In this document: positions 20,001-34,124 of the stretch, piece by piece
How positions within the stretch are numbered: the stretch's first letter is position 1
How the letters are laid out: each line of letters starts with the position of its first letter
Assembly: GCA_963770895.1 (NCBI GenBank)
Contig: CAVYRF010000002.1
Coordinates: 2,304,001 to 2,368,000, forward strand
Direction of reading: 5' to 3'
Length of the DNA stretch: 64,000 bases
Source of the DNA: an uncultured Acidobacteriota bacterium
GTDB lineage: Bacteria > Acidobacteriota > Thermoanaerobaculia > Multivoradales > UBA5704
Program-made: the position numbers and the translations under genes
The notes under the pieces: generated by a model
What the model saw: only the letters and a program-made list of their open reading frames with translations
Database searches by the model: none
What the model was told of the DNA's origin: nothing

Positions 20001-20751
20001 GCGTCACGTCTTCAAGCCAGCTGCCGTCCCGCCACAGACGCAGGTCGGCCAGGTTGCGTCCCGCCGCCTCCAGCCGCACCTCGCGCCGGGCGGCCAGCGG
20101 TATCCAGTAGGAGACCTGCCGCAGATCTTCCAGCGACGCCGCGAGCAGCTTGCGCTCGACCAGGGCGAGCGGCGCGGCGCCGCCCTGCCTGTCGGCGAAG
20201 GGCTCGACCGACAGCTTGGCCGTGCCCTCGCCGTGTTCGTGGCTTTCCACCACCAGCTTGTAGTCGCCGCGGTCGAGGAACAGGTCGAGGCGCCCGTTTT
20301 CGCTGCCCGCTTCGCCGGCGGCGCCGATCTCACCCGCCATGCGGTCGACCACCCGCACCTCGGTGCCCTGGGCGCTCGCGGCGCGTACCGAATAGCGGCC
20401 AAAGGCGGCGATCGACACGATCGCTTCCTGCCGGCCGGTGGCGGGCACCTCGGCGCGCGACAGCCTTGCCGGTGCGCCGGCGGGGATGGCCACTGGCGTG
20501 GCCGATGCTGCGGATGCGGCGGATGCTGCGGGCGCGGCGGCCGGGGAGGCGGCGGCCGGCGTGGCAGCGGCAGCCTGGATGCCTGCCAGCGCTGCCGCGG
20601 CCGGGCCGCCAACCGTCGCGGCGGCGGCCGCCAGCCCGCACAGCGCGGCCAGCCAGGCTGTCGCGCGGCGGCGGACCGGCCGCTCGCGCGAAGAGGGTGA
20701 GATCTTGCTGGAGCGGTGCCCGCCCGCGATCGTCGCCGCGCACTTTTTCAT
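14080..20751 (-). CDS. Giant (about 2220 aa) exported protein with repeated PPC-like beta-sandwich modules
   Basis: Long ORF with an N-terminal signal-like segment and repeated module ends such as LDRGDYKLVV, LPAGLYLVA, LDPGIYVLS, FDAGTYRLV, LPPGTYELA, LAAGRYQLE, LDAGDYLLV; acidic low-complexity linker; translationally coupled to A2M. Start is approximate. Confidence 0.8.
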   Translation of the reverse strand: MKKCAATIAGGHRSSKISPSSRERPVRRRATAWLAALCGLAAAAATVGGPAAAALAGIQAAAATPAAASPAAAPAASAASAASATPVAIPAGAPARLSRAEVPATGRQEAIVSIAAFGRYSVRAASAQGTEVRVVDRMAGEIGAAGEAGSENGRLDLFLDRGDYKLVVESHEHGEGTAKLSVEPFADRQGGAAPLALVERKLLAASLEDLRQVSYWIPLAARREVRLEAAGRNLADLRLWRDGSWLEDVTPSCAPIQPVTGKPLLRCEIATVLPAGLYLVAAYGGAGQAWAEEGAEHPFYLRWGYPSLPDAGRRRYVVSPFGEDWFAVPANVNYARVELPQAQPMRLAAGWAAAGDLLSGIAAKGDTAEVLKNSSPPVADLHVSTKPDASAASTADTANTAAGERGALPSVAEPEAADTAGKGGEAGDQEGDGEAAPEQPGTGANGANGANDSNAANGDADSAGAPMQGDAAAQEDAAGAGANTPAASGQESANVGTGEPADQPMAPDAANASDAANAPNAPDTAADQEGDAAPRGERGATPAEGEAAAAEPEAAEGADAGAATEGQSGGAAAAPGGPQLWLAVRGTPGQAYVLQHFEQRSVYNIDLSGRYWISTIHSGDPADSVDAAAVLTSGRGSGAQRLEATYAPQIDGTHAWARRFNMQNGLTLYLDVKEKGRYEVVATPGGRYRIEPFLTTRPPNYKAPAFGGSGSHWDLDPGIYVLSAEPRGGKAGIFTIGVRPAGKFPRLLAEAAAGGAAFAVRGAVRFAPQTLDPNTSYRLYTNLQPGVETGVVLRPWPVDLGQPLPVSQRPGEPLAIDFTVAGPGTLRAETEDGRLLAVSVDGGPWTTAAPVAAGGGHHLQVQHPAPAATGASPAGNSGDPGDDRTVSYSLTVEPAALAAAAPLPPLPAGAIAAALPNFPQLQPGGAPRFLDLTRGAGATFRIDSETPGLYELRTTGMLATAAALRTRTVTELATGSRNGVGRNALVHQYLRQGDLQATVTALGRSQGHLGVELAATHLIDGGELRLDAPARITLPAGQAVVYRFAVAQAGDYRLLAMGLGFVYQCRIEDADGWPIAPPNAKADVSRHFDAGTYRLVLLPQPLTGRAVTRLSRVRQPLRFTAREVRPLPLDRTAEAVWREPEAPSSRPPAGSTATTANNTNAASVASVASAVNAEDTASAASEPARTPDRWRFSIPAASTTTIALDAEMEGTVTRVAGAEAAAATAAQSPAASPASPMGASASGNAQGDAAPAPAEPTRVPPGRSVTVDLPPGTYELAVVCSRHNSLVRYHVRVTTAELVDGQDRLLQAPVRVPVSVAGGGLVEIASYAASDVRARLYAADGTLVADQDDRPDDWNFLISEHLAAGRYQLEIEPVGRSRAQLRVAMRTVAEVEDPPLVLPFHGDVAVGEQVHLLPLPAAGEADLLLAAARSDDNLGLALEVRDGTGWRRVAGDTGHTPRVELALAAGATAAGAGNYRLRLWSLDRRGASIELAAAAVAVPHVGEGRLTKGTTVPLLRGLRPPLGPLAAAVVDMAAPGLARLRLQGGVDGGATGAAAGGATEPGDAAERWRAGSIAGQALAPLASGGGDLLVALAAEKDRLWLVAAAPQGAPRLRGERLPVPAGLGAGVSVRLPAAGVQVEADAARRDGGGSGPLLAMATAPAGQPALVVGESGANADSAAWPAPAAAMGVGAHSAVAVALDPHRPLIRAWNGDQAAVAGDRSPAGQAAGELRLTQISFAAPAAEAGGWGVTGGNLAGLAARRFDLPPGRKVVHLNLGGSLVAVLSTAGSVASTHWQGGQPFAEVLDTSATRLTVLHTREDSDPFTFEVLARHVSGGGGSATAGADSAADGDGDLALASGEPFTRSFDQTGILRLRLAGTAPGDRQPRRYRVFCGTGLPGESGGVQVTLLDGAGGVRQVASRTGVAEIAGAPGGDLLIQHGPGTVVVWDAALLAAATAATAAAPAPAGAAAAANAATAAAPWQAPLAAPAQAVTPPATAPLAGRFAHYTLDLPAAAVLSVRADAPALTLLRRAGDPAAAAGAPAATDDAVAIHPAGVRLDAWLPAGVSHLGFAALGGGVLTGPAEITTTPVVTTGEGLGPEILLPPGDSRYFSFHVATRRPIGWGAAAAADRVSCRLLRGNGQPVSPAPATAAPGAAGAAMLDSAELDAGDYLLVLSAPADAAPVRVRPVVVGLQLPDTGPPPDVIRKYMQDAGAVAAVPSGSHP

Positions 20752-20938
20752 GATGGAGCTCCCGACTGATGCCCGTATTCTATGGGAACGCACGGGCCGC
20801 TGCGCGCCGGCGCAGGACACAGGTGCCCGGGTCCTGAATAAGGAAGCGCAGGACGCCGGAAATCGGGGCCAGCGCCAGCTTCAGGGTTCTTCCGCCGGCT
20901 CGGTGCCGGGGTCGCGCGGGGCTGCCAGGTTGCGTGGG

Positions 20939-22180
20939 CTAGAACGTGCCGATGAGCGCCAGGCTGCCGGCGGCCAGCGCCAGCGACACCAGGGTGACCG
21001 GCAGGCCGACGCGCAGGTGCTCGGCGAACCCGAAGCGGATGCCCATGCGCTCGGCCTGCTCGGCGACGATGAGGTTGGCGATGCTCCCCACCAGCACCGC
21101 GTTGCCGGCGAAGGTGCCGGCAAGAGCCAGGGCATATCCGGTCTCCGCGCGCGGTTCCACGAAAGGGAGCAGCAGCATGACGGCGGGGACGTTGCTCACC
21201 ATGTTGCTGAGCACCGCCGTCACCGGCATCAGGACGACCAGCCGCGACAGCTGCACGCCGCTGTGCAGCAAGGCGTTGCTCGCCGCGAGCGTCCAGCCCG
21301 AAAGGGCGATGCCCCGCTGCACCACGAACAGGCTGACGAAGAGGGCAAGCAGCCCCCAGTCCACCTGGTCCAGCGCGTCGCGGGTCGAAAAGCGCCGGCT
21401 GATCAGCACCGCCGCGGCGATCGCCAGGGCGGCAAGCGCGGCGGGCAGCGGCGACAGGAACAGCGCGATGGCGCAAGCGGTGAGCACCACGGCCTTGATC
21501 GCGCCGCCGCGATCGACGGCCGCCGCGGCCACCGCCGGCGGCAGGGCGGCGACGGGCAGCGGCAGGCCCCGCGCCGCCGCGCCGGCGGGCTCGACGCGGC
21601 GGGCCACCAGGAAGTAGAGGAATGCCAGCGACAGCACGACCGGCGTCGCGCAGGTCAGGACGAACGGCAGGAAGTGCAGGTGCAGGTGCTGCGCGATCAG
21701 GATGTTCTGCGGATTGCCGATCGGCGTCAGGGCGCCGCCCAGGTTGCTGGCGCAGGCCACCGCGGCGAGGAAGGGCAGGGGATTTTGGCCGCGCCGCACC
21801 ACCACCACGATGACCAGCGGCGTCAGGGCGAAGCACACCACGTCGTTGGTCAGCACGGCCGACAGCACGGCACAGGCCACGATGGTGCCCAACAGCAGGT
21901 GGCGCGGGTTTTCGATCCTGGCCAGGCGCTCGGCCAGCGCGCCATAGGCGCCCGACTGGTGAAACTGCGCCGACAGCAGCATCATCCCGAACAGCACGGC
22001 CAGGGTCGGGGCGTCAATCGCCGCCATCGCTTCGGCGAAGCTCACCCGGCGGGCGAGCAGGAAACCGGTGGCGCCGAGCATCGCCCAGCCGGTGCGGTCG
22101 GTCGCCAGGCGGCGCACCCGGCCGAGCGCCAGCCCGGCGTAGGTGAACAGGAACAGCAGCAGCGGCAGGATCGGTGGCAT
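20939..22180 (-). CDS. Anion permease, ArsB/NhaD/SLC13 (ion transporter) superfamily
   Basis: LSAVLTNDV, SNLGGALTPIGNPQN, SNMVSNVPA and GSIANLIV motifs; highly hydrophobic. Confidence 0.88.
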   Translation of the reverse strand: MPPILPLLLFLFTYAGLALGRVRRLATDRTGWAMLGATGFLLARRVSFAEAMAAIDAPTLAVLFGMMLLSAQFHQSGAYGALAERLARIENPRHLLLGTIVACAVLSAVLTNDVVCFALTPLVIVVVVRRGQNPLPFLAAVACASNLGGALTPIGNPQNILIAQHLHLHFLPFVLTCATPVVLSLAFLYFLVARRVEPAGAAARGLPLPVAALPPAVAAAAVDRGGAIKAVVLTACAIALFLSPLPAALAALAIAAAVLISRRFSTRDALDQVDWGLLALFVSLFVVQRGIALSGWTLAASNALLHSGVQLSRLVVLMPVTAVLSNMVSNVPAVMLLLPFVEPRAETGYALALAGTFAGNAVLVGSIANLIVAEQAERMGIRFGFAEHLRVGLPVTLVSLALAAGSLALIGTF

Positions 22181-22412
22181 GGCGGCGGATGCGGCCTGGG
22201 CGCGGTTCGGACGGGCGTGGGCGACGCGAAAGAGCGCAGGCTATCATTCGCCGGCATCTTCACCCTGCGAGGGGGCGATTCCGTCTATCCAGTCAGAGGG
22301 GCCGGCGCGCGAATCGGAATGGCCGGCGCGGTGATCGGAGATGGCGGCGCGCCGGAATGCAGGCAGGGTGGCGGCCGGCAAGGTGAGACAATCAGCGGCG
22401 GATGAGCGAGCC

Positions 22413-27653
<5,241 letters not shown>

Positions 27654-27817
27654 ACGCCCAAGCGCCGCGCACCTACGCCTGGTGGCTGGACTGAGCGGGC
27701 CGCCAGGGCCGCCACCGGCGGGCACCGGCACGGCGCGCGCTACGTGCCAGGAGTGGGCTGGTCGTGGTCCTGAGCGGCCACCGGCGGGCCGCGCCGCGGT
27801 CTTATAGACTGCGGGGC

Positions 27818-29638
27818 ATGATTTCCAACTCGTTGGGTACCCATTCCGAATCTCCGTTGCGGCAGCCGCCCCAGGTTGCCTGTCTGACGGTCGTGGTGGC
27901 GGTGGTGGTGGCGCTGGTTGGGGTGGTGGCGGTTGGCGTGCCGGCGCTGCACGCACGCGGGGCGGTGGCGCAAAACGCGGCGCCGGCGGCGAGCGGCCCG
28001 GCGTCCGTGCCGGGACTGAGCGAGCACGACGTCGCGACCGACCTGGATCAGCGGCTGGCAAAGTGGAAGCCGGTGGAGATGCCCTGGCACGATGCCGGGC
28101 TGAGCGATCGCGAGCGCCAGCTGGTCGACAAGCTGGTCGAGGCCTGCCGGATGTTGGAAAGCATCTACTGGCGCCAGGCCGATCCGCAGGGGCTGGCCCT
28201 GTACCACGGCCTGCGCGACGGATCGGTGACGCTGGGTGTGCCGCCGATGGCGGCGCATGTCCGCCGCATGCTGTGGATCAACGGCGGCCGCTGGGATCTG
28301 CTGGACGACAACCGCCCCTTCATCGGCCACCAGGCGATGCCGCCGGGGCTGGCGCTCTATCCGCCGGGGGCGACGCGGCAGCAGATCGATGCGTATGTCG
28401 CGGCGCATCCCGCCGCCCGGCGCGGCATCTACGACGAGCACACGGTGGTCCAGCAGCAGGGCGAGCGGCTGGTGGCGGTGCCGTATCACATCGCCTATCG
28501 CCGCTTTCTGGAGCCGGCGGCGCGGGCGCTGCGCGCCGCGGCGGACCTGTCGGACGACGCGGCCTTTGCCCGCTTTCTGCGGCTGCGCGCCGATGCGCTG
28601 CTGACCGACGACTACTACCCGAGCGACCTGGCCTGGGTGGAGCTGGAGCATCCCAGGTTCGACCTGGTCTTTGCGCCCTACGAGGTCTTCCTGGACGGGC
28701 TGCTGGGGGTGAAGACCTCGTACGGCGCCGCGGTGATGATCCGTGACGACGCGGCGAGCGCCAGGCTGGAGGCGTTCCAGCAGTTCGTGCCGCAGATCCA
28801 GGAATCGCTGCCGTTGCCGCCGGCCGATCTGCCGTCCAAGCGCGGCCACGTCGCGCCGATGGAGGTGGTCAACAGCCCATTCCGCGCCGGCGATCTGCGC
28901 CACGGCTACCAGACTGTGGCCGACAACCTGCCGAACGATCCGCGGGTGCACCAGCAGAAGGGCAGCAAGCACATCTTCTTCAAGGACTTCCTGGACGTGC
29001 GCGTGGCCGCGATCATCCTGCCGGTGGCGCAGCGCGTGATGCGCCAGGACCAGGCGGCCCAGGTGACCGGCGACGGCTACCTGGCGACGGTCATGATGCA
29101 CGAGATCGCCCACGGGCTGGGGCCGGCATACTCGCGGCGCGGCGGCCAGCAGGTCGACATCCGGGAGGCCCTGGGGCCGGTCTTCTCCGGGTTGGAGGAA
29201 GCCAAGGCCGACGTGGTCGGGATGGTGGGCCTGGCCTGGCTGGCGGCGCACGGCGCGCTGCCCAAGGCGCGCCTGCCCGAGTACTACGCGTCCTACGTGG
29301 CGGGCATCTTCCGCAGCGTGCGCTTCGGCGCCGCCGAGGCGCACTCGCGGGCCGAGCTGATGGAATGGAACGTCCTGGTCGCCGACCACGCGCTGGTGCT
29401 CGACCCCGCCGCCCATCGCTACGCCGTCGATCTGGCCAGGATCCCGGCGGCGCTGAACAGCTTGGCCGCCGAGCTGCTCCAGATCGAGGCCACCGGCGAC
29501 CGCGCACGCGCCGAAGCCTGGTTCGCCAAGCATTCCGACGTGCCGCGCGAGCTGCAAACCGTGCTCGCCGCCGCGCACGACGTGCCGGTCGACTTCGACC
29601 CGCACGGCTCCTTCGCCGACGGCGACGTCGTCGAATAG
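27818..29638 (+). CDS. Secreted peptidase family M49 (dipeptidyl-peptidase III-like Zn hydrolase)
   Basis: Signal/TM segment; PYEVFLDGLLG.K, ADNLPND, HEIAHGLGP, LEEAKADVVG. Confidence 0.87.
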   Translation: MISNSLGTHSESPLRQPPQVACLTVVVAVVVALVGVVAVGVPALHARGAVAQNAAPAASGPASVPGLSEHDVATDLDQRLAKWKPVEMPWHDAGLSDRERQLVDKLVEACRMLESIYWRQADPQGLALYHGLRDGSVTLGVPPMAAHVRRMLWINGGRWDLLDDNRPFIGHQAMPPGLALYPPGATRQQIDAYVAAHPAARRGIYDEHTVVQQQGERLVAVPYHIAYRRFLEPAARALRAAADLSDDAAFARFLRLRADALLTDDYYPSDLAWVELEHPRFDLVFAPYEVFLDGLLGVKTSYGAAVMIRDDAASARLEAFQQFVPQIQESLPLPPADLPSKRGHVAPMEVVNSPFRAGDLRHGYQTVADNLPNDPRVHQQKGSKHIFFKDFLDVRVAAIILPVAQRVMRQDQAAQVTGDGYLATVMMHEIAHGLGPAYSRRGGQQVDIREALGPVFSGLEEAKADVVGMVGLAWLAAHGALPKARLPEYYASYVAGIFRSVRFGAAEAHSRAELMEWNVLVADHALVLDPAAHRYAVDLARIPAALNSLAAELLQIEATGDRARAEAWFAKHSDVPRELQTVLAAAHDVPVDFDPHGSFADGDVVE

Positions 29639-29816
29639 CGCCCCCGCCGGCCGAGTTCAGCGGCGATAGCCGCACGTGCCGCGCTCGACGGCGGGCATCT
29701 CAACCCCGGCGCCGGCCTGGTCGGTGTTGCCAGGTCACAGACGAGATACCTGCCCTGGATCGGTCTGGGAGCGCCCAGCCCGGTGCCCGCGCGGCAGTCC
29801 CGCAGCCCCCTTCCAG

Positions 29817-29900
29817 TGCAATATGATATAGCATTGACGTAGATTCGTATTGCCGGTGTATTGTGTTTATCGGGAGCAGGGTAAAATATCTAAAGAGGAG
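29817..29900 (+). promoter_or_regulatory. AT-rich putative promoter region with imperfect palindrome and RBS
   Basis: TGCAATAT-g-ATATAGCA (29817-29833), TTGACG (29834-29839), TATTGT/TAAAAT candidates, GAGGAG RBS; spacing is not canonical. Confidence 0.35.
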
Positions 29901-29906
29901 AGCAGA

Positions 29907-31196
29907 ATGAGGTCGCTTCAGTTGTGGAGGGCTGCATTTCTAGCCGGTGTGGCGTCCATGCTTGTTCCTGCAAGTCATGCTCAGCAGTGTGTTTACCCAG
30001 CGAACATTTGCGAGCCGTGGTGGAACGGTACAGAGTACGTCCAAAACCCGTCTTGCGCATTTGTCAACCACGTTTACTTGCAAGGCGAGCTTATTTCGGG
30101 CTCAACTTCTGAGGGATACGTCTATAACGCTGCCGGCACCTTTTGCGGGGTTGAGGACAATGGCGCGACTTGCGGGGTCAGGACCACGACCAATACGTGC
30201 AGCGAAAGTGCTCCCGACCAATGCATCACAAGCCTCGATCCAAACTGCCAATGTGCGCCGGGGGATCCCACCTGCAATCTTCCCGAGACCGGCGGCGACG
30301 GCGATGGAGGAGGTGGCGGCGGGGATGATGGTTGCGGTGATGACCATCACTGTGCCGACGGTGGGGTGGGCGGCGTGTTGCAGCGGGCCGCTCAGATTGT
30401 CCCGCTGCCCGGCTCCGTGAGCATTCTGCTTCAGCAGCTCGCGCAGGCAAACGGCATCTATCTCGAAGCCAAGGTCCGGTTCCTCAACGCGGCGACCGGG
30501 GCAACCAAGTCAAGCGCCACCTATGAATACTGGGAGCAAGGCGGGCGCTACCGTATCAAGCTGAGCCCCGGAAGCGACTACCCTTGGTCGGACCTGGCCT
30601 TCGACGGCACTTTCACGCAAGGAAAACCCGCCCCGGACGCAGTGGAAATCAAGCGGGGAGACGATCGTAGCACCCCATTGCCAGACGGTCCGCTCGCCCT
30701 GGCTCTTGCTCCTCTCCGGGTCAATGACCCGACGTTCTGCCGGTTGTGTCAGCTTCGCCTGGCCGATCTCAAGAAGGCCGTTGCGTGGCGGCAGACTGCT
30801 TCGTTGAAGCTGGCGTCTGCAGAGAGCGTGATCCACCAAGGAACCTTTGATGCCGGCTTCGGGCGGCTCGCGGAAGCCGATTCCAGCGGCAGACTGATGC
30901 GTATGGTCTGGCCTGCTGACGAGAAACAACACCGGCTCGATATCACGCTCGACAACTATCAGCCCATCAAAGGAAGCGCGGCCCTGTTTCCGATGAGGCT
31001 GGTCGAGAGCCTGACGCCGACTCTGTCCGTTGAGTACACCGTCGAACAGGTAGATCTCTCCCCCAGCTTCAAGGATGCCGATGTCTTCAACATCCGCAGC
31101 GCTGCGCGCAAATTCTTTTACACGACTACCGCGAAGGACGGCTCCGTACGTACGACTGTTCGTAGCCTGCAGGTAGCGCCTCCGGCGGTCAAATAA
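29907..31196 (+). CDS. Secreted protein with a Cys-rich N-terminal domain, Gly/Asp linker and beta-rich (LolA-like?) C-terminal domain
   Basis: RBS GAGGAG; signal peptide ending ASHA; 12 Cys in the first about 130 mature residues; GGDGDGGGGGGDDG linker; visibly lower GC. Confidence 0.78.
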   Translation: MRSLQLWRAAFLAGVASMLVPASHAQQCVYPANICEPWWNGTEYVQNPSCAFVNHVYLQGELISGSTSEGYVYNAAGTFCGVEDNGATCGVRTTTNTCSESAPDQCITSLDPNCQCAPGDPTCNLPETGGDGDGGGGGGDDGCGDDHHCADGGVGGVLQRAAQIVPLPGSVSILLQQLAQANGIYLEAKVRFLNAATGATKSSATYEYWEQGGRYRIKLSPGSDYPWSDLAFDGTFTQGKPAPDAVEIKRGDDRSTPLPDGPLALALAPLRVNDPTFCRLCQLRLADLKKAVAWRQTASLKLASAESVIHQGTFDAGFGRLAEADSSGRLMRMVWPADEKQHRLDITLDNYQPIKGSAALFPMRLVESLTPTLSVEYTVEQVDLSPSFKDADVFNIRSAARKFFYTTTAKDGSVRTTVRSLQVAPPAVK

Positions 31197-31442
31197 ACGG
31201 TGCCGCACCGCTTCAAGCTTTCGACCATCGGCTTGCTGACGGCGCTGGCCCTGACGGCCGTCTGCCTGCCCGCAGCCGGCAACATGGAAGCGCCGGCGGC
31301 CCCCGTGTCGCCGGGATCGGTCCCGCCAGCGTCGACCGCATCGAATGGCATCGTGCCAAAGGACGTTGAACCCTTCGAGGAGTCGATCGAGGTCAACGTG
31401 GTCAATCTTGATGTCGTAGTGCGCGATCGGTCGGGCAACTTA

Positions 31443-32532
31443 CTGAGAATCGCATAACATAGTGACATTTTGGCACTTTTCGTGTAGAGTCTCTTCATGG
31501 GAAACCCCAGAGGAGTCAAACGCGACTTTGAAGCCCTGGAAGACCGGCGATTGAAGGCGGCGAAGCTGCTCAAGGCGGGCTGGAGTCAGGCTGACGTGGC
31601 GCGGGAGGTCGGAGTTCATCGCCAGTCGGTCAGCCGCTGGGCCGCCGCACTAGCGGACGCGGGGTCGGAAGGCCTGAAGGCTACCGGCGGGCGTGGCCGG
31701 CGAGCCCGCTTGACGGCCGCCGATCTGAGCAAGATCGAGCAGGCTTTGGTGCGCGGTCCCGAGGCTCTCGGCTACGAGACGGGCCTGTGGACCCTGCCGC
31801 GGGTCGCCGAGTTGATCGAGCGCGAATGCGGAGTTGTCTACCATCCAGGCCATGTCTGGAGGATCCTGCGACGTCTCAAGTGGAGCGTCCAACGCCCGGT
31901 GGGGCGAGCGGTGGAACGCAACGAAGAGAACATCGAGCACTGGAAGCGCCGCCGCTGGCCCAAGGTAAAAAAAACGCTGCCCGGCTTGGCCAAACCATCG
32001 TTTTCATCGACGAAAGCGGACTCAGCGAACGACCCCACCGGTGTCGAACCTGGGCGCCCCGCGGCCACACCCCGGTCCTCCAGTTCCACTTCAACTGGAA
32101 AACCCTCTCGGCGATCGCGGGGATAACCTGGTGGAACTTCTACTTTCGGCTCTATCCAGGCTCGATCCGTGGCCCCCAGGTGATCGACTTTCTGGGTCGC
32201 CTCTTGCGACAGCTGCCGGGGCCGCTGCTGGTCGTTTGGGATGGCTTGCCAGTTCATCGGAGCCGGAAGGTCGCCGACTTCATCAGCCGGCACCGTGACC
32301 GGCTCCAGGTCGAACGCCTTCCGGCTTACGCTCCAGAGCTCAATCCGGTCGAGTACCTGTGGGGTTACCTCAAACATCACGCGATTCCGAATCTGTGTCC
32401 GAAAAACCTCGGCGAGCTCAGTTCGCTCGCCCGCCGCGCTCTTGGGCGAATCCGGCGCCAACCACGGTTGATCACCGCTTTCTGGAATCAAGCTGAACTC
32501 TTCTAGTTGTCACTATATTATGCGACACTCAA
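31443..32532 (+). mobile_element. IS630-family insertion sequence, 1090 bp
   Basis: TA target duplication at 31441-31442 and 32533-32534. 25-bp terminal IRs: CTGAGAATCGCATAACATAGTGACA versus right-end reverse complement TTGAGTGTCGCATAATATAGTGACA (21/25). Confidence 0.95.
31497..32506 (+). CDS. IS630 transposase in two overlapping frames (HTH orfA plus DDE orfB, -1 frameshift)
   Basis: orfA has HTH SQADVAREVGVHRQSVSRW and a winged HTH; orfB has VFIDESG, VWDGLPVH, PELNPVE; A8 run at 31967-31974 at the frame junction. Confidence 0.92.
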
Positions 32533-34124
32533 TAGTGCCTGGGCTAACGCGGACGGACTTCAAGCTTTTCGTGGACGGCCAGCAGGTCGAGGCCACGAAT
32601 TTCTCGGCCCCCCAGCTTGGCCAGGTGACTCGACCTGCACCTCAGCCGTCGTCCGGGACTGCCTCTGTGGCTCCAGGCGAGGGCGTATCTCCGCCGCAAC
32701 GCCTCAAACTCGTGGTCTTCGTCGACAATGCGAATATGCTGCCCGTCGACCGCAACCGGCTCCTCAAGCAACTTCGCTCGTTCCTCCAGAAGACCTTGCG
32801 GTCTGAAGACCAAGTACTTCTTGTTACCCACGACCCCGGGCTTCACGTCCGCCATCAATTCAAGGAAAACCTTGCCTCTCTTGCCCCCACCCTCGCTCAG
32901 CTGGAAAAAGAATCCGCCGTCGGTCTTAACCGCGACATCGCTGCGCGCCAGCAACTGGACATGATGCAGGATGTCCTCAAGAGCAGCGGCTGCGGCGGGG
33001 CGCTCAGCGAGGCGACGGGTCTGGCGCGAACGCAGGCGGAATCTGCTTTCGCCGACGAACGGGAGACATATGCGAGTCTCCATCACCTCCTGAGATCGCT
33101 CGGGGGACTCGATGGGCACAAAGCTGTGCTCTACGTCGGCGATGGCATGGCCACTCACGCAGGCACAGACGTCTTCGGAATGCTCCAAGATCGCTGCCCT
33201 GCCGCGCACCTGGCTTTTGAGCCGCTCGACGCGACGGCGCCAATGGGTCAAGTCATCGCGGATGCCAACGCCAGCCTGATTACCCTGTACACGCTGGAGG
33301 CGCGGGGCCTCGACGCCTATGTCTCGGCGGAGCATCCCGGCAAGCCGTTGCTCTCCTTCGAGACGGCACGACAAGTCGCGCTCGACCGTCAGGATTCGTT
33401 GATCAACCTCGCCCGCGAGACAGGTGGGCGGTCAGCGATCAATGGCAACGACTTCAGCCACGATCTGGAGGAGATCGCCACCGAGTTGAGCGGCTCCTAC
33501 TCGCTCGGTTTCACCCCCGCCCATGCCGGCGAGGGCAAGACGCACCAAGTTCATATCGAAGTCAACCAATCCGGCGCCCACGCCAGCTACCGCACCAGCT
33601 ACCGAGATCGCACCATGCAGGAGCGACTGGAAAGCCTGGTCGAAGGGGCGCTGCTCCACGGCCAGGCCGACAACCCTCTCTCCGCTTCACTGACCATCGG
33701 CGCGGCGGTGCCTGCCGAGCATGGCCACATCATGCTCCCGGTGCAGATCCGTGTGCCGTTCGCAAAGCTGGCCTTTCTGCCTCGTGAAGACGGCCGCCAT
33801 GGTCGGGTCAACATCGTGTTCGGAAATGTCGATGCGCAGGGTGGAATGGCACCCCTCCAGCGCATGCAGCTGCCGCTGCGGATCCCGGAAGCTGACGCCA
33901 TCAGGATCCTTGGCAGCCACCTTGGCTATGACGCAAAACTGCTTCTCGCGCCCGGCCACCAGCGCCTCGCTTTCGTTGTCCGGGACGACTTGGCGCGCAT
34001 CTCATCCTGCGTCATCCAGGACTTGGACCTCGACAAGGGAGGAAAGGTCAGCCTGGTCGCCATGGCCGTCGGTCCTCAACCCGCTACGCCCTGACCGTCG
34101 CGGCTTGGCCTTGATCGGGGCGGC

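Larger units (their letters stand above)
31200..34094 (+). pseudogene. Acidobacterial VWFA-type (VWA domain) secreted protein interrupted by IS630
   Basis: Removing 31443-32534 restores an in-frame 600-aa ORF: VNVVNLDVVVRDRSGNL|VPGLTRTDFKLFVDGQ..., LARETGG, YSLGFTP. Confidence 0.9.

Noticed and set aside
31200-31457. 85-aa ORF and 32520-34094 ORF as independent genes
   Set aside because: They are two halves of one VWA gene split by IS630.
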